Positions 57,711-64,000 of a DNA stretch of 64,000 bases are shown here, one piece after another; positions within the stretch are counted from its first letter, which is position 1, and each line of letters opens with the position of its first letter. Origin of the DNA: Megamonas sp. UBA1796 (GTDB lineage Bacteria; Bacillota; Negativicutes; Selenomonadales; Selenomonadaceae); NCBI GenBank assembly GCA_002319795.1, contig DCFU01000046.1:70864-134863 (forward strand), in the 5' to 3' direction. The notes beneath the pieces were generated by a model, which saw nothing but the letters and a program-made list of their open reading frames with translations, did no database searches and had not been told where the DNA came from. Made by a program: the position numbers and the translations under genes.

Positions 57711-58598
57711 ATGTATATCATATTTGACTGTCCACCCTTGCCGCACCTCATCGTCGGGGGCATTTCCAACTTTCGTATTGGAGACACCCATCTGCGCCGT
57801 ATCCTGCAGCACACCTTCGACCTCATCTATGTGGTTCAGGGCGAGCTTTGCATGGAAGAAAACAAGCAGCAGTTCTGTGTACGCGCAGGGGATTTCCTCA
57901 TTTTGCCGCCGCATCGCCTGCATCGTGGTACAAAATGCTGCCAAAAGGAAACTGTCTTCCATTGGCTTCATTTTTATACGACTGGTGGGTTCAGCCTGGG
58001 TGACCGCCCCATCACCGACTCAAACCTCATCCAGAAAAGCTCGGAGCAGTTCGAGAAAAAGCCCTTTCATATCTGCCTGCCGCAGTATGGTACAATCCAG
58101 CCAGAATCGCAGCGGCAGATGCAGGAAGCCATGGGATACATCACGCAGGTACGCATCAACAAAAAACAGAACAGCAAACATTTTTACGGTTCCGCCACGC
58201 CGCAGATCAAGCAGCAGCAGCTTTTCTTCACGATATTGACCTTCCTCTGCGACTCCATCACGCCAGCCTCTCCCAAAGATACCGCGGCAGACATTCTGGA
58301 ATACCTGGAAGAACATTCCGCCGAAGCCATTCATCTAAAGGAGTTGTCCCAGCGTTTTTCCTTTCATCCAGCCTATATCATACGCCTCATGAAACACAGA
58401 TACCAACAGACGCCCGTCCAAATCCTGCTGCATATCCGCCTGGAAAAAGCCTCCCTGCTCCTGCTCACTACCAACGATACCATCCAAAAGATCGCCCTGG
58501 CCTCCGGCTTCAACGACAACGCCTACTTCACCAAGATATTCAAACGAGCCTTCCATATGACGCCCAACGCATATCGGCAAAAACAAAAAGCTCCCTGA
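57711..58598 (+). CDS. AraC-family transcriptional regulator (cupin sensor plus HTH_18)
   Basis: The C-terminus is IALASGFNDNAYFTKIFKRAFHMTPNAYR. It is divergent from the GPH-GH127 operon. Confidence 0.85.
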   Translation: MYIIFDCPPLPHLIVGGISNFRIGDTHLRRILQHTFDLIYVVQGELCMEENKQQFCVRAGDFLILPPHRLHRGTKCCQKETVFHWLHFYTTGGFSLGDRPITDSNLIQKSSEQFEKKPFHICLPQYGTIQPESQRQMQEAMGYITQVRINKKQNSKHFYGSATPQIKQQQLFFTILTFLCDSITPASPKDTAADILEYLEEHSAEAIHLKELSQRFSFHPAYIIRLMKHRYQQTPVQILLHIRLEKASLLLLTTNDTIQKIALASGFNDNAYFTKIFKRAFHMTPNAYRQKQKAP

Positions 58599-58751
58599 TT
58601 TTTCAAGGAGCATCTTGTGACCATTATACGAGTGACGGACATATCCGAAAAATGAACGTCCGGAAAGCAACGCAGCGTGGCTGTTTTATTTCACCCCGGC
58701 AGCAGTTGATGACTGGATTTATATACCAAAGTAAGTGACAAGGCAAATAAT

Positions 58752-60152
58752 TCAGCGGCTGCGCACCGGGTTTTGATCTGACTGCAAAAGACTGTGGCGG
58801 TAACTGTAACTGAAATAGATTACACAACCAATGATTTCCCAGCAAATGAAGCGAAAATGGGTTATGTCAGAAAGGCTGTACATGAGATAACCACAAGAGA
58901 AAATTCCCAGCGGACCTATAAAAGCCAGCCAAGGACAACGGAACTTTCTTGGAAGGTCAGGCTGCGTGTGACGTAATACCATTACACCTATGAGAGTGAC
59001 AAAGAACACGGCCAGGGTTCCAGTATTGGCAAGCTCAACAATGTAAGAAAGCGGCACAAATCCGGAAATCAGAGCCACGCATAGAGAACCTAGCACGGTG
59101 ACGCGATGCGGCGTATGGTAACGGGTGTGAATTTTGCAGATAGATGCAGGAAAAAGCCCATCGCGTGACATCGCAAAAAACACTCTGGATTGACCGTAGA
59201 GATAGACCAGCAATACTGTAGTGATACCAGCCAGTGCGCCGACAGCTACAATGGCAGAGCCAGTGTTGTAGCCGATGAAGCGCAGTCCATAAGCTACAGG
59301 CTCGGCGTTGTCCAGCAGATTATAGGGAACAATTCCAGTCAATAGAGCCGCTATGAGAATGTAGAGAATCGTACATATAGACAACGAGGCGATTATGCCA
59401 ATCGGCAGATCGTGTATCGGATTTTTACATTCTTCAGCAGAAGTTGCGATTGCATCAAAGCCCATGAAGGCAAAAAACACAATGGCAGCGCCACTGATAA
59501 TTCCGGCATTGCCAAACGGTGAAAACGGCTGCCAGTTTTCAATATTCACATTAGGAGCAGCCAGGACAATGAAAATGCCCACCGTAATCAGCTTGATGAA
59601 AACCAAAATAAAATTTAAACGGACGCTTTCTTTTGTTCCTCGTACGAGTAAAACAGCCAGCAAGAACACAATGCCTATTGCCGGAAGATTGATAAAGCCT
59701 CCTTCCGTAGGGGTTGCTGTCAAAAAAAGAGGAAGCTCAAGACCGCCAGCTTTGAAAAGTCCGGTAATGTATCCGGACCATCCCACAGCTACAGCACTGG
59801 CAGTTACAGTATAGGCGAGAATCAGATTCCATCCCGTGAAAAAACCGATGAATTCGCCCATAGAGGAATAGGCATAAGCATAAGCACTTCCTGAAGCAGG
59901 AAGCAAAGAGGCGAATTCAGCGTAGGCCAGACCAACAAAGGAACAAATCAAACCGGAAATGATAAAGGAGATGGTTATGGCTGGCCCGGCATATCTTGCC
60001 GCGGCAATCCCTGTCAAAACAAAAATTCCTGTACCGAGGATGCCTCCAATACCGAGGAAAACTAAATCTATGGCATTTAAATTTTTTGTCATTCCAGAAC
60101 TGGTAGTAGAGCTACAGATTTGTTCAATATTTTTGGTGCGAAACAGGTCCAT
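58752..60152 (-). CDS. APC-superfamily amino-acid permease
   Basis: The product contains LNAIDLVFLGIGGILGTGIFVLTGIAAARYAGPAI and has 12 or more TMs. I chose the start at 60152, after AAGGAG. Confidence 0.85.
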   Translation of the reverse strand: MDLFRTKNIEQICSSTTSSGMTKNLNAIDLVFLGIGGILGTGIFVLTGIAAARYAGPAITISFIISGLICSFVGLAYAEFASLLPASGSAYAYAYSSMGEFIGFFTGWNLILAYTVTASAVAVGWSGYITGLFKAGGLELPLFLTATPTEGGFINLPAIGIVFLLAVLLVRGTKESVRLNFILVFIKLITVGIFIVLAAPNVNIENWQPFSPFGNAGIISGAAIVFFAFMGFDAIATSAEECKNPIHDLPIGIIASLSICTILYILIAALLTGIVPYNLLDNAEPVAYGLRFIGYNTGSAIVAVGALAGITTVLLVYLYGQSRVFFAMSRDGLFPASICKIHTRYHTPHRVTVLGSLCVALISGFVPLSYIVELANTGTLAVFFVTLIGVMVLRHTQPDLPRKFRCPWLAFIGPLGIFSCGYLMYSLSDITHFRFICWEIIGCVIYFSYSYRHSLLQSDQNPVRSR

Positions 60153-60170
60153 CGGAGAATCGCTCCTTTC

Positions 60171-60197
60171 AAAAAAAGGGGGCGTTGGCCCCCTTTT
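60171..60197 (-). terminator. Rho-independent terminator after ald
   Basis: A GC stem (GGGGGC/GCCCCC) has a 4 nt loop. On the minus strand it is followed by a T7 run. It lies 15 nt after the ald stop. Confidence 0.7.
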
Positions 60198-60211
60198 CAC
60201 TTGCTTTACTC

Positions 60212-61330
60212 CTATTTTAAGTACTGGGCAGAATCAGTGTATTCCATTTTGAGTGCTTCTGCCACAGCTTTGTTGGTTACCTTCCCGTCAATGACATTGA
60301 TACCGTTGGCGAGTCCAGGATCGGCGAGACAGGCTTTTTTGTAGCCGAGTGAAGCGATCTTCAATGCATATGGCAAAGTGGCATTTGTCAGAGCCAGCGT
60401 TGAGGTACGTGCCACAGCACCCGGAATATTGGCTACAGAATAATGGATTACGCCGTATTTGGTGAAGGTCGGATTTTCGTGTGTGGTACAATGGTCGCAA
60501 GTCACAATGGAACCGCCCTGGTCAATGGCCACATCAACGATAACGGAACCCGGACGCATGGTCTTGACCATTTCTTCAGAGACCAGTTTTGGTGCTTTAG
60601 CACCAGGCACTAATACAGACCCGATCAAAAGATCGGCTTTTTTTACCCATTCGGCAATATGATAGCTGTTTGACATGATGGTAGTTGCTCTGCCGCCGAA
60701 AATATCATCGAGATAGCGCAGACGGTCGATGCACAAATCAAGGATGGTAACGCGTGCACCAAGCCCGAGTGCCATTTTTGCAGCATTCGTACCAACGATG
60801 CCACCGCCGACGATGACCACCTGCCCAGGCGCTACGCCGCTCACGCCGCCCAATAACGTACCTTCACCGCCATATTGGCTTTCCAGAAGCTGCGCGCCCA
60901 GCTGGATTGACATGCGGCCAGCAATTTCACTCATCGGAGCCAGCAAAGGCAGCGTATGGTTTGGTCCGATGATGGTTTCATAAGCGATGCCGACAACTTT
61001 ATGTTTGAGCAGAGCTTTGGTAAGCTCTGGTTCCGGAGCGAGATGTAAGTAAGTAAAGAGAATTTGTCCTTCATGGAACAGATCGTATTCTTCTGCTAAT
61101 GGTTCCTTTACTTTGATGATCATTTCGGAGCGGTCAAACAGTTCTTTTTTGCTGCGGACGATTTGTGCACCCGTCGATAAATAGCTTTCATCCTTGAAGC
61201 CGCTGCCGCAGCCGCCATTTTTTTCGAGCAGTACCGTGTGCCCGGCCTTTACTAGCGCCTCAGCACCTGCCGGCGTGATTCCAATCCTGTTTTCATTATT
61301 TTTGATTTCTTTCGCTACACCGATAATCAT
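60212..61330 (-). CDS. ald: L-alanine dehydrogenase
   Basis: The product contains MIIGVAKEIKNNENRIGITPAG...VVIVGGGIVGTNAAKMA...VDVAIDQGG. It is 372 aa. Confidence 0.95.
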   Translation of the reverse strand: MIIGVAKEIKNNENRIGITPAGAEALVKAGHTVLLEKNGGCGSGFKDESYLSTGAQIVRSKKELFDRSEMIIKVKEPLAEEYDLFHEGQILFTYLHLAPEPELTKALLKHKVVGIAYETIIGPNHTLPLLAPMSEIAGRMSIQLGAQLLESQYGGEGTLLGGVSGVAPGQVVIVGGGIVGTNAAKMALGLGARVTILDLCIDRLRYLDDIFGGRATTIMSNSYHIAEWVKKADLLIGSVLVPGAKAPKLVSEEMVKTMRPGSVIVDVAIDQGGSIVTCDHCTTHENPTFTKYGVIHYSVANIPGAVARTSTLALTNATLPYALKIASLGYKKACLADPGLANGINVIDGKVTNKAVAEALKMEYTDSAQYLK

Positions 61331-61378
61331 AATTTATTCCTCCCATGTTTTGTAAATTTTCTTTCTGCCCTTATATAT

Positions 61379-61394
61379 AGCATTTTCCGTGCCA
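61379..61394 (-). promoter_or_regulatory. Sigma-54 (-24/-12) promoter upstream of ald
   Basis: The minus strand reads TGGCACGGAAAATGCT. This matches the consensus TGGCACG-N4-TTGCW with correct GG..GC spacing and one mismatch. It ends 48 nt upstream of the ald ATG, and a sigma-54 activator gene is divergent from it. Confidence 0.65.
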
Positions 61395-61442
61395 AGTATT
61401 GCACTCCCAAAAAACGGGAAATAAACCAGGCATTTTTGATTT

Positions 61443-61509
61443 TGGAACGAAAATGTTACAAAAAGTGGAACAAATTTGTTACAATGTGGCATAATTTCGT
61501 TACAAAATG
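61443..61509. repeat. Three tandem ~22 bp direct repeats (candidate enhancer/UAS)
   Basis: R1 is TGGAACGAAAATGTTACAAAAAG (61443-61465). R2 is TGGAACAAATTTGTTACAATG (61466-61486). R3 is TGGCATAATTTCGTTACAAAATG (61487-61509). Confidence 0.55.
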
Positions 61510-61590
61510 TGTTTTATCAGAATTATACACAAAAAAAGATTGAAAAAATTGCGGGAATGAGACAAAATAAATTTAAGGGAAGGTGAATAT

Positions 61591-63162
61591 ATGCGGATAA
61601 AAATAAAGAATGTGGACCGCTATGGTTTAGTATATGATGTATCACGGCTTTTGTTCGAAAAACATTTGAATATACTTTCTATGGAAGTCAAAAAGGACGT
61701 TATTTATTTGGAGACAGAGGACATCACCGCAGAAAAAGAAGCAGATTTGTTGTTGCAACTGAAAAATATTGCTAATGTCGAGGGAATCCATGCGGTTTTT
61801 CTGATGCCCCGCGAAGAAGAATTACAGAATTTAAAGATTGTTCTGGACGCGGTTCAGGAAGGCATCTTATCGACAGACAGTGAAGGCTATGTCACTACGT
61901 ATAATCCGGCGGCAGAAGCTATTTTACATATTACGCAGAGCGAAGCTCTGGGCAAAAAACTGACAGAAGTACTGCCTTGTTGTTCTTCCTTAATGGCTAC
62001 GATCAAAGAAGGCAAAGAAGTCATTGACCAGGAGATTTTTTTCGCTGAAAAAGAAAGCCACTACCTCGTTTCCAGTTTTCCTATTTGTGATAAACAGAAT
62101 AAACTGGTCGGCGGTGTGGCTGTCTTAAAAAGCATGGAAGATGCGCAAAGGATTTATCGGCGGTTCACAGAGCAGCCGGCCTTGGAATTCGAAAACATCT
62201 TTTACAAAAGCGAAGAAATGCAGCAGGTGGTCGCACTTGCCAAGCGCTATGCGGATGGAGATTCTACGATTCTGATTCGCGGAGAGACAGGAACCGGCAA
62301 GGAATTGTTTGCCCGGGCAATCCATCATGCTTCGCCGCGCAGGAAGGCTATTTTTTTGACCATCAACTGTGCATCGATCCCGGAAACGCTGCTGGAAAGT
62401 GAGCTTTTCGGCTATGAAGAAGGCAGCTTTACCGGAGGAAGAAAGGGCGGCAAGCCTGGCCTGTTTGAACTCGCCAATAATGGTTCCTTGTTCTTAGATG
62501 AAATTGGTGAACTCTCGACCCATGTACAGGCAAAGCTCTTACGCGTCCTGCAGGAACATAAAGTACGGCGAATTGGCGGAAAAAATGAATTTCAGCTGGA
62601 TGTGCGGATTATCGCAGCAACACATCGTAACTTGGAAATGATGATGGAACACAATGAGTTCCGGCGGGATCTGTATTATCGGCTGAATGTAATTCCTTTG
62701 CATCTGCCGCCATTACGGGCCCGAAAAGAAGATATTCCGTTTTTGGCACAAGTCTTTTTTGACAAACTGGCAGAAAAATCGCATCGGGAGCCTTATGAGA
62801 TAAGCGGAGAGGTTTTTGAAAAACTACAAAACTATTCATGGCCGGGAAACATACGTGAGCTGGAAAATATTGTGGAACGCGCAGTCAATTTGACAGAAGA
62901 CAGGCTGATTTATCCCGAGCATATTATATTTGACAGTGCCGAACAGCCTCTTCCCGAAGCAGCAAGCGCTCCATCTAAAGCAGAAGAACGGCAAACCTTG
63001 AAGGAAATTCTGGAAGGTGTGGAGCGAAACGTTCTGGAAAATGTTATGAAGCAGCATGTCAGTTCTCGTTCCATTGGTAAAATTCTGGGAATTTCCCATA
63101 CCAGCGTAATTCGAAAAATGCAGTTTTATCATTTGGATGGGAAACTTAATAAGCCGAGCTGA
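61591..63162 (+). CDS. Sigma-54-dependent transcriptional activator (ACT-PAS-AAA+-HTH, TyrR-like architecture)
   Basis: The domains are an ACT-like N-terminus, PAS (LDAVQEGILSTDSEGYVTTYNPAAE), Walker A (GETGTGKE), a GAFTGA-type loop (EEGSFTGG), ESELFGY, and a C-terminal Fis-type HTH. Confidence 0.9.
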   Translation: MRIKIKNVDRYGLVYDVSRLLFEKHLNILSMEVKKDVIYLETEDITAEKEADLLLQLKNIANVEGIHAVFLMPREEELQNLKIVLDAVQEGILSTDSEGYVTTYNPAAEAILHITQSEALGKKLTEVLPCCSSLMATIKEGKEVIDQEIFFAEKESHYLVSSFPICDKQNKLVGGVAVLKSMEDAQRIYRRFTEQPALEFENIFYKSEEMQQVVALAKRYADGDSTILIRGETGTGKELFARAIHHASPRRKAIFLTINCASIPETLLESELFGYEEGSFTGGRKGGKPGLFELANNGSLFLDEIGELSTHVQAKLLRVLQEHKVRRIGGKNEFQLDVRIIAATHRNLEMMMEHNEFRRDLYYRLNVIPLHLPPLRARKEDIPFLAQVFFDKLAEKSHREPYEISGEVFEKLQNYSWPGNIRELENIVERAVNLTEDRLIYPEHIIFDSAEQPLPEAASAPSKAEERQTLKEILEGVERNVLENVMKQHVSSRSIGKILGISHTSVIRKMQFYHLDGKLNKPS

Positions 63163-63192
63163 TAAGGCAGCAGCAGCTTCAGCAAAATCCAT

Positions 63193-63891
63193 CTATACAC
63201 ATTTGTTTTGGCTGGCTGCCATATAGTCCGCAAAGATCAGATAGATTGCCGCCGTGTCCTCTTCCACCTCCGGAATACGCGACTGCGCCTGATAAAACCG
63301 ATTATCCACACGGTCATCATTCGTAGTCGACACCTCAAACAACGCAATATCGCCGCTTCCCGGCACGCCCTGCCACTGATGATACTGCCCCGGTACGAGC
63401 GTTATACTCTGCCCCGGCCTCAGGCACACAGTGCCGCCAGCCTCAACCTGCAGAACCTTCCCGTCAACCCGGACCACTACCTCCGTATCGGCAAATTCGC
63501 CGTCTTTCGTCGAGTTGTACAGCGTTACGTTTAGGTTTCCACCGCCGCGGTTTATAATATCTTCCATCTTGTGCCAATGAAAATGAAACGGCAGAATCTG
63601 TCCGTCACGAACAAATAACAGCTTCTCACAATACGGCTTCGGATATTTCGCCTGCTGATTGAAATTCCCATTACGAAACGTAAACACCGTCAGCCCGACA
63701 TGGCTGTAATCCCCCGTTGCAAAATCCGTAACATCCCAGCCCAGCATCGTATCCGCCAGCTCGGCTTCATCCGTCGGTATATGCATCCACTCTTCCGGTG
63801 TATAATACGCAAAGGGCGGCAGAGGAATCCTGAATTCCTCTGCCGCTTTTATTGTATACGCAATAATCTCGTTAATCTCTGATCTTTTCAT
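63193..63891 (-). CDS. D-lyxose/D-mannose ketol-isomerase-like cupin
   Basis: The product contains YCEKLLFVRDGQILPFHFHWHKMEDIINRGGG...GQYHQW, resembling the Lyx_isomer family. I chose the start at 63891, after AAGGAAG. Confidence 0.7.
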   Translation of the reverse strand: MKRSEINEIIAYTIKAAEEFRIPLPPFAYYTPEEWMHIPTDEAELADTMLGWDVTDFATGDYSHVGLTVFTFRNGNFNQQAKYPKPYCEKLLFVRDGQILPFHFHWHKMEDIINRGGGNLNVTLYNSTKDGEFADTEVVVRVDGKVLQVEAGGTVCLRPGQSITLVPGQYHQWQGVPGSGDIALFEVSTTNDDRVDNRFYQAQSRIPEVEEDTAAIYLIFADYMAASQNKCV

Positions 63892-64000
63892 TATCAGCAC
63901 TTCCTTTTTATTTTTCTAAAATTCACTCTGTCAGAGAGCGTACCTTTCAGGGCTCTATAGAAAACGCATAGGTCGTACAACTGTCATAGGGCTTCTCTTT

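Noticed and set aside
61487-61503. TGGCATAATTTCGTTAC on the plus strand, considered as a second sigma-54 promoter for the activator gene.
   Set aside because: The -12 element is absent. Positions 12-15 read CGTT rather than TTGC. The TGGCA simply belongs to the head of the third repeat.
63947-64000. An open minus-strand frame ending ...KEKPYDSCTTYAFSIEP*, the 3' end of a gene that starts beyond the right edge.
   Set aside because: Only 18 codons are visible. It is probably a real gene tail, but it cannot be identified or supported as a feature.
1-64000. A search for CRISPR arrays, IS/transposase or integrase genes, tRNA/rRNA genes, toxin-antitoxin pairs and defence-system-like genes.
   Set aside because: I saw no direct-repeat/spacer arrays, no transposase, integrase or phage-like ORFs, and no cloverleaf-like or rRNA-like segments. 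Every large ORF has a plausible metabolic, regulatory, transport or flagellar assignment. The window therefore does not appear to contain a mobile or defence island.

Overview
The window is a chromosomal segment that looks like a diderm Firmicute (Negativicutes/Selenomonadales-like). This is an inference from three observations: strong GGAGG-type RBSs, a Bacillus-like mbl-flhO/flhP gene order, and a GntR/LacI-type AraR sitting alongside outer-membrane L-ring and P-ring flagellar genes. It is almost fully coding, mostly on the minus strand.

Gene content from left to right:
- Flagellar rod/ring operon: mbl, flgF, flgG, flgA, flgH, flgI, a flgJ-like gene, then an AMIN-domain gene.
- sucCD.
- L-arabinose regulon: araR, araBAD, galM and a HAD phosphatase.
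- A REC-GGDEF-EAL response regulator.
- cdaR-glxK.
- A UPF0597 (cysteine-desulfidase-like) gene with a divergent LysR regulator.
- A URO-D-family / NhaC-like permease / M24 operon.
- An IclR-linked island holding PyrD/PyrK paralogues, a cyclic amidohydrolase, an MFS permease, an MCP, an M20 carbamoyl-amidohydrolase, DcuC and PepT.
- A 9.4 kb RpiR-controlled amino-sugar operon: nagB, nanE, a permease, a HyuA-like ATPase, an FAD oxidoreductase, a ROK kinase and nagA.
- deoC, alr, and a NusG_II/Gx-transporter pair.
- A GH127 beta-L-arabinofuranosidase locus.
- An amino-acid permease and ald, driven by a recognisable sigma-54 promoter next to a divergent ACT-PAS-AAA+ activator.
- A D-lyxose-isomerase-like cupin.

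I found no rRNA, tRNA, CRISPR array, IS element or prophage, and nothing that resembles a defence system.

The most interesting candidates are metabolic or regulatory:
1. The amino-sugar operon has no nanA. Between its transporter and the ManNAc/GlcNAc funnel it carries an orphan hydantoinase/oxoprolinase-family ATPase and an FAD oxidoreductase.
2. The PyrDK / amidohydrolase / carbamoylase island looks catabolic (reductive orotate or hydantoin-type degradation). It includes a racemase-family protein that lacks both catalytic cysteines and has an embedded chemoreceptor.
3. The sigma-54 promoter upstream of ald is preceded by three tandem ~22 bp repeats.

All functional calls come from reading the translated ORFs for family motifs. 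No database search was possible.
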